In this document: positions 1 through 11,516 of the stretch, piece by piece
Layout: every line of letters begins with the position of its first letter
Position numbering within the stretch: the first letter of the stretch is position 1
From: Eledone cirrhosa
Taxonomy: Eukaryota
Assembly: GCA_964016885.1 (NCBI GenBank)
Contig: OZ024741.1
Coordinates: 260,710,001-260,774,000, forward strand
Direction of reading: 5' to 3'
DNA length: 64,000 nucleotides
The notes under the pieces: generated by a model
What the model saw: the letters and a program-made list of their open reading frames with translations, nothing else
The model's database searches: none
Told to the model about the DNA's origin: nothing
Translations under genes and position numbers: made by a program

Positions 1-415
1 CGGGTGTTTTGACATACGAGTGTTTCGATACGAGTGTTTCGACTTACGAGTGTTCTGACTTACGAGTGTTCTGACTTACGAGTGTTCTGAATTACGAGTG
101 TTCTGATTTACGAGTGTTCCGTCTTACGAGTCTTTCGGCTTACGAGTGTTTCGGCTTACGAGTGTTTCGACTTACGAGTGTTTCGACTTACGAGTGTTCC
201 GACTTACGGGTGTTTCGACTTACGAGTGGTTTGGCTTACGGTGTTTCGGCTTACGAGTGTTTCGAGTTACGAGTGCTTTGACTTACGCGTGTTTTGACAT
301 ACGAGTGTTTCGATACGAGTGTTCTGATTTACGAGTGTTCTGACTTACGAGTGTTCCGACTTTACGAGTGTTTCGGCTCACGAGTGTTTCGGCTTACGAG
401 TGTTTCGACTTACGA

Positions 416-492
416 AAATAACAAATAGACGCGGTTTCAAATCTCTATGATTTTCAAATTCATTACATTAATCTTTATTTATACGTTTCGCT
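416..492. repeat. 77-bp AT-rich interspersed element, copy 1
   Basis: AAATAACAAATAGACGCGGTTTCAAATCTCTATGATTTTCAAATTCATTACATTAATCTTTATTTATACGTTTCGCT, flanked by TTACGA at 410-415 and 493-498. Confidence 0.95.
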
Positions 493-3400
493 TTACGAGT
501 GTTTCGACTTACGAGTGTTTCGACATACGAGTGTTTCGACTTCCGAATGTTTTTGCTTACGGGTGTTTCGACTTACGAATGTTTCGGCTTACGAGTGTTT
601 CGGCTTACGAGTGTTCCGACTTAGGAGTGTTTCGGCTTACGAGTGTTTCCGACTTACGAGTGTTTCGACTTACGAGTGTTTCGACTTTCGAGTGTTTTGA
701 CTTACGGTGTTTCGGCTTACGAGTGATTCGACTTACGAGTGTTTTGACTTACGGGTGTTTTGACTTACGGGTGTTGTGAATTACGAGTGTTCCGATTTAC
801 GAGTATTTTGGCTTACGGTGTTTCGGCTTGCGAGTGTTTCGACTTACGAGTGTTTCGGCTTATGAGTGTTTCGACTTACTAATGTTTTTACTTACGAGTG
901 TTTCGGCGTTCGAGTGTTTTGCCTTACGAGTGTTTCGACTTAAGAGTGTTTTGACTTACGAATGTTTTGACTTACGGGTGTTTCGGCTTATGAGTGTTTC
1001 GACTTACGAGTGTTTCGACTTATGAGTGTTTCGACTTACGAGTGTTCTGACTTACGAGTGTTCTGACTTACGAATGTTCCGACTTACGAGTGTTTCGGTT
1101 TACGAGTGTTTCGACATACGAGTGTTTTGACTTACGGGTGTTTCGACTTACGGGTGTTTCGAATTACGAGTGTTTCGGCTTACGAGTGTTTCGACTTACT
1201 AATGTTTTTACTTACGAGTGTTTCGGTGTACGAATGTTTTGACTTAAGGATGTTTCGACTTACGAGTGTTTCGACTTACGAGTGTTTCGGCTTACGTGAG
1301 TTTCGACTTAAGAGTGTTCTGATTTACGAGTGTTCTGACTTGCGGGTGTTCTGATTTACGAGTGTTCCGACTTACGAGTGTTTCGGCTTATGAGTGTTTC
1401 GATTTACGAGTGTTTCGGCTTACGAGTGTTTCGACTTATGGGTGTTTCGACTTACGAGTGTTTTTACTTACGGTGTTTCGGCTTACGAGTGTTTCGACAT
1501 ACGAGTGTTCTGACTTACGGGTGTTTCGACTTACGAGTGTTTTGACTTACGAATGTTTTGACTTACGGGTGTTTCGGCTTACGAGTGTTTCGACTTACGA
1601 GTCTTTCGGCTTACGAGTGTTTCGACTTACTAATGTTTTTACTTACGAGTGTTTCGACTTACGAGTGTTTCGACTTACGAGTGTTTTGACTTACGAATGT
1701 TTTGACTTACGGGTGTTTCGGCTTATGAGTGTTTCGACTTACGAGTCTTTCGGCTTACGAGTGTTTCGACTTACTAATGTTTTTACTTACGAGTGTTTCG
1801 GCGTACGAGTGTTTCGACTTACGAGTGTTTCGACTTACGGGTGTTTTGACTTAAGGGTGTTTCGGCTTACGAGTGTTTCGACTTACGAGTGTTTTGACTT
1901 AAGGGTGTTTCGACTTACGAGTATTTTTGGCTTACGAGTGTTTCGACTTACGAGTGTTTTGACTTACGGGTGTTTTGACATACGAGTGTTTCGATTTACG
2001 AGTGTTTCGACTTATGAGTGTTTCGACTTACGAGTGTTTCGGCTTACGAGTGTTTCGACTTACGAGTGTTTTGACTTACGGTGTTTCGGCTTACGAGTGT
2101 TTCGACTTACGAGTGTTTTGACTTACGGGTGTTTTGACATACGAGTGTTTCGATACGAGTGTTCTGACTTACGAGTGTTCTGACTTACGAGTGTTTTGAC
2201 TTACGAGTGTTCTGACTTACGAGTGTTCCGACTTACGAGTGTTCCGACTTACGAGTGTTTCGGCTTACGAGTGTTTCCGGCTTACGAGTGTTTCGACTTC
2301 CGAGTGTTTTGACTTACGGTTTTTCGGCTTACGAGTGATTCGACTACGAGTGTTTTGACTTACGGGTGATTTGACTTACGGGTGTTGTGAATTACGAGTG
2401 TTCCGATTTACGAGTGTTTTGACTTACGGTGTTTCGGCTAACGAGTGATTCGAGTTACGAATGTTTTGACTTACGGGTGTTTCGGCTTGCGAGTGTTTCG
2501 ACTTACGAGTGTTTCGGCTTATGGGTGTTTCGACTTACTAATGTTTTTACTTACGAGTGTTTCGGCGTACGAGTGTTTTGACTTACGAGTGTTTCGACTT
2601 ACGAGTGTTTCGACTTACGAGTGTTTCGGCTTACGTGAGTTTCGACTTAAGTGTGTTCTGATTTACGAGTGTTCTGACTTGCGGGTGTTCTGATTTACGA
2701 GTGTTCCGACTTACGAGTGTTTCGTCTTATGAGTGTTTCGACTTACGAGTGTTTCGGCTTACGAGTGTTTCGACTTATGGGTGTTTCGACTTACGAGTGT
2801 TTTTACTTACGGTGTTTCGGCTTACGAGTGTTTCGACATACGAGTGTTTTGACTTACGGGTGTTTCGACTTACGAGTGTTTTGACTTACGAATGTTTTGA
2901 CTTACGGGTGTTTCGGCTTACGAGTGTTTCGACTTACGAGTGTTTCGGATTACGATTGTTTCGACTTACTAATGTTCTTACTTACTAGTGTTTCGGCGTA
3001 CGAGAGTTTTGACTTACGAGTGTTTCGAATTACGAGTGTTTCGACTTACGAGTGTTTTGACTTACGAATGTTTTGACTTACGGGTGTTTCGGCTTACGAG
3101 TGTTTCGACTTACGAGTCTTTCGGCTTACGAGTGTTTCGACTTACTAATGTTTTTACTTACGAGTGTTTCGGCGTACGAGTGTTTCGACTTACGAGTGTT
3201 TCGACTAACGGGTGTATTGACTTACGGGTGTTTCGGCTTACGGGTGTTTTGACTTACGAGTGTTTTGACTTAAGGGTGTTTCGACTTACGAGTATTTTTG
3301 GCTTACGAGTGTTTCGACTTACGAGTGTTTTGACTTACGAGTGTTCTGATTTACGGATGTTTCGACATACGAGTGTTTCGACTTACGAGTGTTTCGACTT

Positions 3401-4011
3401 ATGAGTGTTTCGACTTACGACTGTTTCGACTTACGAGTGTTTCGGCTTATGAGTGTTTCGACTTACGAGTGTTTCGACTTACGAGTGTTTTGACTTACGG
3501 GTGTTTTGACATACGAGTGTTTCGATACGAGTGTTCTGACTTACGAGTGTTCTGACTTACGAGTGTTTTGACTCACGAGTGTTCTGACTTACGAGTGTTC
3601 CGACTTACGAGTGTTCCGACTTACGAGTGTTTCGGCTTACGAGTGTTTCCGGCTTACGAGTGTTTCGACTTACGAGTGTTTTGACTTACGGTGTTTCGGC
3701 TTACGAGTGATTCGACTTACGAGTGTTTTGACTTACGGGTGTTTTAACTTACGGGTGTTGTGAATTACGAGTGTTCCGATTTACGAGTGTTTTGACTTAC
3801 GGTGTTTCGGCTTACGAGTGATTCGACTTACGAATGTTTTGACTTACGGGTGTTTCGGCTTGCGAGTGTTTCGACTTACGAGTGTTTCGGCTTACGAGTG
3901 TTTCGACTTACTAATTTTTTTACTTACGAGTGATTCGGCGTACGAGAGTTTTGACTTACGAGTGTTTCGACTTACGAGTGTTTTGACTTACGAATGTTTT
4001 GACTTACTAAT

Positions 4012-5345
4012 GTTTCGGCGTACGAGTGTTTCGACTTACGAGTGTTTCGACTTACGGGTGTTTTGACTTACGGGTGTTTCGGCTTACGAGTGTTTCGACT
4101 TACGATTGTTTGGCTTACGAATGTTTCGACTTACGAGTGTTTCGACTTACGAGAGTTTTGACTTACGGTGTTTCGGCTTACGAGTGTTTCGACTTACGAG
4201 TGTTTTGACTTACGGGTGTTTTGACATACGAGTGTTTCGATACGAGTGTTCTGACTTACGAGTGTTCTGACTTACGAGTGTTCTGACTTACGGGTGTTCT
4301 GACTTACGAGTGTTCCGACTTACGAGTGTTTCGGCTTATGAGGGTTTCGACTTACGAGTGCTTCGGCTTACGAGTGTTTCGACTTACGAGTGTTTCGGCT
4401 TACGAGTGTTTCGACTTACGAATGTTTTGGCTTACGAGTGTTTCGGCTTACGAGTGTTTCGACTTACGAGTGTTTCGACTTACGAGTGTTTTGACTTACG
4501 GTGTTTCGGCTTACGAGTGTTTCGACATACGAGTGTTTTGACGTACGGGTGTTTCGACTTACGGGTGTTTCGACTTAAGAGTGTTTCGACTTACGAGCGC
4601 TTCGACTTACGAGTGTTTCGGCTTACGAGTGTTTCGGCGTATGAGTGTTTCGACTTACGAGTCTTTCGGCTTACGAGTGTTTCGACTTACTAATGTTTTT
4701 ACTTACGAGTGTTTCGGCGTACGAGTGTTTCGACTTACGAGTGTTTCGACTTACGGGTGTTTTGACTTACGGGTGTTTCGGCTCACGAGTGTTTCGACTT
4801 ACGATTGTTTGGCTTACGAATGTTTCGGCTTACGAGTGTTTCGACTTACGAGAGTTTTGACTTACGGTGTTTCGGCTTACGAGTGTTTCGACTTACGAGT
4901 GTTTTGACTTACGGGTGTTTTAACATACGAGTGTTTCGATACGAGTGTTCTGACTTACGAGTGTTCTGACTTACGAGTGTTCTGACTTACGGGTGTTCTG
5001 ACTTACGAGTGTTCCGACTTACGAGTGTTTCGGCTTATGAGGGTTTCGACTTACGAGTGCTTCGGCTTACGAGTGTTTCGACTTACGAGTGTTTCGGCTT
5101 ACGAGTGTTTCGACTTACGAATGTTTTGGCTTACGAGTGTTTCGGCTTACGAGTGTTTCGACTTACGAGTGTTTCGACTTACGAGTTTTTTGACTTACGG
5201 TGTTTCGGCTTACGAGTGTTTCGACATACGAGTGTTTTGACGTACGGGTGTTTCGACTTCCGGGTGTTTCGACTTAAGAGTGTTTCGACTTACGAGCGCT
5301 TCGACTTACGAGTGTTTCGGCTTACGAGTGTTTCGGCGTATGAGT
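4012..5345 (+). repeat. 699-bp-period tandem duplication (higher-order repeat); recurs near 11.1-12.4, 26.9-28.2, 38.7-40.0 and 52.9-54.2 kb
   Basis: ORF pairs 4310/5009, 11378/12077, 27187/27886, 39006/39705 and 53171/53870 are all offset by 699. Shared markers include TATGAGGGTTTC and GAGCGCTTC. Confidence 0.85.
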
Positions 5346-8300
5346 GTTTTGACTTACGAGTGTTTCGACTTACGAGTGTTTCGACTTACGAGTGTTTCGA
5401 CTTACGAGTGTTTCGACTTACGAGTGTTTTGACTTACGAGTGTTTTGACTAACGGTGTTTCTGCTTACGAGTGTTTCGACTTACGAGTGTTATGACTTAC
5501 GGGTGTTTTGACATACGAGTGTTTCGATACGAGTGTTTCGACTTACGAGTGTTACGAGTGTTCTGACTTACGAGTGTTTCGACTTACGAGTGTTCTGACC
5601 TACGAGTGTTCTGACTTACGAGTGTTTCGACTTACGAGTGTTTTGACTTACGGGGGTTTCGACTTACGAGTGTTTCGAGTTACGAGTGTTTCGAGTTACG
5701 AGTGTTTCGACTTACGAGTGTTTTTACTTACGAATGTTCTGACTTACGGGTGTTTCGGCTTACGAGTGTTTCGACTTACGAGTGTTTTAACTTACGGGTG
5801 TTTCTACTTACGCGTGTTTCGACTTGCAAGTGTTTCGACTTACGAGTGTTTCGACCTGCAAGTGTTTCGACTTACGAGTGTTTCGACTACGAATGTTCCG
5901 ACTTACGAGTGTTTCGACTTACGAGTGTTTCGACTTACGAGTGTTCTGACTTACGGGTGTTCCGACTTACGAGTGTTTCGTCTTACGATTGTTGTGACTT
6001 ACGATTGTTTTGACTTACGGGTGTTTCGACTTACGGGTGTTTCGACGTAAGAGTGTTTCGACTTACGAGCGCTTCGACTTACGAGTGTTTCGACTTACGA
6101 GTGCTTTGCCTTACGAATGTTTTGAATTACTTCGACTTACGGGTGTTCTGACTTACGAGTGTTCCGACTCACGAGTGTTTCGGCGTATGAGTGTTTCGAC
6201 TTACGGGCGTTTCGACTTACGGGTGTTTCGACTTACGTGTGTTTTGACTTACGAGTGTTCTGACTTACTAGTGTTCCGACTTACGACTGTTTCGACTTAC
6301 GAGTGTTTTGACTTACGAGTGTTCCGACTTACGAGTGTTTCGGCTTACGGGTGTTTCGACGTACGAGTATTTTTGGCTTACGAGTGTTTCGACTTACGAG
6401 TGTTTTGAATTACGATTGTTTCGGCTTACGAGTGTTTCGACTTACGAGTATTTCGACTTACGAGTTTTTTCACTTACGGTGTTTCGGCTTACGAGTGTTT
6501 CGACTTACGAGTGTTTTGACTTACGGGTGTTTTGACATACGAGTGTTTCGATACGAGTGCTCTGACTTACGAGTGTTCTGACTTACGAGTGTTCTGAATT
6601 ACGAGTGTTCTGACTTACGAGTGTTTCGGCTTACGAATGTTTCGACTTACGAATGTTTTGGCTTACGAGTGTTTCGGCTTACGGGAGTTTCGACTTACGA
6701 GTGTTTCGACTTACGAATGTTTTGGCTTACGAGTGTTTCGGCTTACGAATGTTTCGACTTACGAATGTTTTGGCTTACGAGTGTTTCGGCTTACCGGTGT
6801 TTCGACTTACGAGTGTTTCGACTTACGAGTGTTTTGACTTACGGTGTTTCGGCTTACAATTTATTCGACATACGAGTGTTTCGACTTACGGGTGTTTCGA
6901 CTTACGGGTGTTTCGACTTACGAGTGTTTCGACTTATGAGTGTTTCGACTTACGAGTGTTCTGACTTACGAGTGTTCTGACTAACGAGTGTTCCGACTTA
7001 CGAGTGTTTCGGTTTACGAGTGATTCGACATACGAGTGTTTTGACTTACGAGTGTTTCGGCTTACGAGTGTTTCGACTTACTAATGTTTTTACTTACGAG
7101 TGTTTCGGTGTACGAGTGTTTCGACTTAAGGATGTTTCGACTTACGAGTGTTTCGACTTACGTGTGTTTCGGCTTACGTGAGTTTCGACTTAAGAGTGTT
7201 CTGATTTACGAGTGTTCTGACTTGCGGGTGTTCTGATTTACGAGTGTTCCGACTTACGAGTGTTTCGGCTTATGAGTGTTTCGACTTACGAGTGTTTCGG
7301 CTTACGAGTGTTTCGACTTATGGGTGTTTTGACTTACGAGTGTTTTTACTTACGGTGTTTCGGCTTACGAGTGTTTCGACATACGAGTGTTCAGACTTAC
7401 GAGTGTTCCGACTTACGAGCGTTCCGACTTACGAGTGTTTCGACTTACGAGTGTTAAGACTTACGGGTGTTTTGACATACGAGTGTTTCGATACGAGTGT
7501 TCTGACTTACGAGTGTTCTGACTTACGAGTGTTTTGACTTACGAGTGTTCTGACTTACGAGTGTTCCGACTTACGAGTGTTCCGACTTACGAGTGTTTCG
7601 GCTTACGAGTGTTTCCGGCTTACGAGTGTTTCGACTTACGAGTGTTTTGACTTACGGTGTTTCGGCTTACGAGTCATTCAACTTACGAGTGTTTTGACTT
7701 ACGGGTGTTTTGACTTACGGGTGTGGTGAATTACGAGTGTTCCGATTTACGAGTGTTTTGAGTTACGGTGTTTCGGCTTACGAGTGATTCGACTTACGAA
7801 TGTTTTGACTTACGGGTGTTTCGGCTTGCGAGTGTTTCGACTTACGAGTGTTTCGGCTTATGAGTGTTTCGACTTACTAATGTTTTTACTTACGAGTGTT
7901 CTGACTTACGAGGGTTCCGACTTAAGAGTGTTCCGACTTACGAGTGTTTCGGCTTACGAGTGTTTCCGGCTTACGAGTGTTTCGACTTACGAGTGTTTCG
8001 ACTTACGAGTGTTTTGACTTACGGTGGTTCGACTTACGAGTGATTCGACTTACGAGTGTTTTGACTTACGGGTGTTTTGACTTACGGGTGTTGTGAATTA
8101 CGAGTGTTCCGATTTACGAGTGTTTTGACTTACGGTGTTTCGGCTAACGAGTGATTCGACTTACGAATGTTTTGACTTACGGGTGTTTCGGCTTACGAGT
8201 GTTTCGACTTACGAGTGTTTCGGCTTGCGAGTGTTTCGAGTTACTAATGTTTTTACTTACGAGTTTTTCGGCGTACGAGTGTTTCGACTTACGAGTGTTT

Positions 8301-9507
8301 CGACTTACGGGTGTTTTGACTTAAGGGTGTTTCGACTTACAAGTGTTTCGACTTACGAGTGTTTCGACTTACGAGTGTTCTGACTTACGAGTGTTCTGAT
8401 TTACGGATGTTTCGACATACGAGTGTTTCGACTTACGAGTGTTTCGACTTACGAGTGTTTTGACTTACGGGTGTTTTGACATACGAGTGTTTCGATACGA
8501 GTGTTTCGACTTACGAGTGTTTTGACTTACGGTGTTTCGGCTTACGAGTGATTCGAGTTACGAATGTTTTGACTTACGGGTGTTTCGGCTTGCGAGTGTT
8601 TCGACTTACGAGTGTTTCGGCTTATGGGTGTTTCGACTTACTAATGTTTTTACTTACGAGTGTTTCGGCGTACGAGTGTTTTGACTTACGAGTGTTTCGA
8701 CTTACGAGTGTTTCGACTTACGAGTGTTTCGGCTTACGTGAGTTTCGACTTAAGTGTGTTCTGATTTACGAGTGTTCTGACTTGCGGGTGTTCTGATTTA
8801 CGAGTGTTCCGACTTACGAGTGTTTCGGCTTATGAGTGTTTCGACTTACGAGTGTTTCGGCTTACGAGTGTTTCGACTTATGGGTGTTTCGACTTACGAG
8901 TGTTTTTACTTACGGTGTTTCGGCTTACGAGTGTTTCGACATACGAGTGTTTTGACTTACGGGTGTTTCGACTTACGAGTGTTTTGACTTACGAATGTTT
9001 TGACTTACGGGTGTTTCGGCTTACGAGTGTTTCGACTTACGAGTGTTTCGGATTACGAGTGTTTCGACTTACTAATGTTCTTACTTACGAGTGTTTCGGC
9101 GTACGAGAGTTTTGACTTACGAGTGTTTCGAATTACGAGTGTTTCGACTTACGAGTGTTTTGACTTACGAATGTTTTGACTTACGGGTGTTTCGGCTTAC
9201 GAGTGTTTCGACTTACGAGTCTTTCGACTTACGAGTGTTTCGACTTACTAATGTTTTTACTTACGAGTGTTTCGGCGTACGAGTGTTTCGACTTACGAGT
9301 GTTTCGACTAACGGGTGTTTTGACTTACGGGTGTTTCGGCTTACGGGTGTTTTGAGTTACGAGTGTTTTGACTTAAGGGTGTTTCGACTTACGAGTATTT
9401 TTGGCTTACGAGTGTTTCGACTTACGAGTGTTTTGACTTACGAGTGTTCTGATTTACGGATGTTTCGACATACGAGTGTTTCGACTTACGAGTGTTTCGA
9501 CTTACGA

Positions 9508-9584
9508 AAATAACAAATAGACGCGGTTTCAAATCTCTATGATTTTCAAATTCATTACATTAATCTTTATTTATACGTTTCGCT
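9508..9584. repeat. 77-bp AT-rich element, copy 2
   Basis: Same sequence as 416-492, but with a different left-flank monomer pattern. Confidence 0.95.
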
Positions 9585-11516
9585 TTACGAGTGTTTCGAC
9601 TTACGAGTGTTTCGACATACGAGTGTTTCGACTTCCGAATGTTTTTGCTTACGGGTGTTTCGACTTACGAATGTTTCGGCTTACGAGTGTTTCGGCTTAC
9701 GAGTGTTCCGACTTAGGAGTGTTTCGGCTTACGAGTGTTTCCGACTTACGAGTGTTTCGACTTACGAGTGTTTCGACTTTCGAGTGTTTTGACTTACGGT
9801 GTTTCGGCTTACGAGTGATTCGACTTACGAGTGTTTTGACTTACGGGTGTTTTGACTTACGGGTGTTGTGAATTACGAGTGTTCCGATTTACGAGTATTT
9901 TGGCTTACGGTGTTTCGGCTTGCGAGTGTTTCGACTTACGAGTGTTTCGGCTTATGAGTGTTTCGACTTACTAATGTTTTTACTTACGAGTGTTTCGGCG
10001 TTCGAGTGTTTTGCCTTACGAGTGTTTCGACTTAAGAGTGTTTTGACTTACGAATGTTTTGACTTACGGGTGTTTCGGCTTATGAGTGTTTCGACTTACG
10101 AGTGTTTCGACTTATGAGTGTTTCGACTTACGAGTGTTCTGACTTACGAGTGTTCTGACTTACGAATGTTCCGACTTACGAGTGTTTCGGTTTACGAGTG
10201 TTTCGACATACGAGTGTTTTGACTTACGGGTGTTTCGACTTACGGGTGTTTCGAATTACGAGTGTTTCGGCTTACGAGTGTTTCGACTTACTAATGTTTT
10301 TACTTACGAGTGTTTCGGTGTACGAATGTTTTGACTTAAGGATGTTTGGACTTACGAGTGTTTCGACTTACGAGTGTTTCGGCTTACGTGAGTTTCGACT
10401 TAAGAGTGTTCTGATTTACGAGTGTTCTGACTTGCGGGTGTTCTGATTTACGAGTGTTCCGACTTACGAGTGTTTCGGCTTATGAGTGTTTCGATTTACG
10501 AGTGTTTCGGCTTACGAGTGTTTCGACTTATGGGTGTTTCGACTTACGAGTGTTTTTACTTACGGTGTTTCGGCTTACGAGTGTTTCGACATACGAGTGT
10601 TTTGACTTACGGGTGTTTCGACTTACGAGTGTTTTGACTTACGAATGTTTTGACTTACGGGTGTTTCGGCTTACGAGTGTTTCGACTTACGAGTCTTTCG
10701 GCTTACGAGTGTTTCGACTTACTAATGTTTTTACTTACGAGTGTTTCGACTTACGAGTGTTTCGACTTACGAGTGTTTTGACTTACGAATGTTTTGACTT
10801 ACGGGTGTTTCGGCTTATGAGTGTTTCGACTTACGAGTCTTTCGGCTTACGAGTGTTTCGACTTACTAATGTTTTTACTTACGAGTGTTTCGGCGTACGA
10901 GTGTTTCGACTTACGAGTGTTTCGACTTACGGGTGTTTTGACTTAAGGGTGTTTCGGCTTACGAGTGTTTCGACTTACGAGTGTTTTGACTTAAGGGTGT
11001 TTCGACTTACGAGTATTTTTGGCTTACGAGTGTTTCGACTTACGAGTGTTTTGACTTACGAATGTTTTGACTTACTAATGTTTCGGCGTACGAGTGTTTC
11101 GACTTACGAGTGTTTCGACTTACGGGTGTTTTGACTTACGGGTGTTTCGGCTTACGAGTGTTTCGACTTACGATTGTTTGGCTTACGAATGTTTCGACTT
11201 ACGAGTGTTTCGACTTACGAGAGTTTTGACTTACGGTGTTTCGGCTTACGAGTGTTTCGACTTACGAGTGTTTTGACTTACGGGTGTTTTGACATACGAG
11301 TGTTTCGATACGAGTGTTCTGACTTACGAGTGTTCTGACTTACGAGTGTTCTGACTTATGGGTGTTCTGACTTACGAGTGTTCCGACTTACGAGTGTTTC
11401 GGCTTATGAGGGTTTCGACTTACGAGTGCTTCGGCTTACGAGTGTTTCGACTTACGAGTGTTTCGGCTTACGAGTGTTTCGACTTACGAATGTTTTGGCT
11501 TACGAGTGTTTCGGCT

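Larger units (their letters stand above)
1..9505 (+). repeat. About 9.5-kb block re-occurring at about 18713-32270, where it is interrupted by the 4165-bp duplication
   Basis: Offsets are 18712 (146/18858, 447/19159), 22877 (4310/27187, 6351/29228) and 22765 (7244/30009, 9091/31856). Confidence 0.85.

Noticed and set aside
416-492. tRNA, ncRNA or promoter call for the 77-bp element
   Set aside because: It is tRNA-sized but very AT-rich, with no cloverleaf, T-loop or A/B boxes. TATA-like words are expected by chance at this composition.
447-779. MIFKFITLIFIYTF... as a signal-peptide-bearing small secreted protein
   Set aside because: The hydrophobic N-terminus is the expected translation of T-rich DNA. 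The remainder is satellite, and the frame is truncated or altered in copies 6, 8 and 9.
1230-1260. Telomerase-made repeat: G/T-biased strand and variants such as TTACGGG, TTAGG, ACGGATGT/AAGGATGT and GGTGTACG that recall yeast or insect telomere motifs
   Set aside because: These are minority variants, and the consensus has no G run. Inherited multi-kb variant patterns indicate recombinational amplification rather than templated addition. A subtelomeric location is not excluded.
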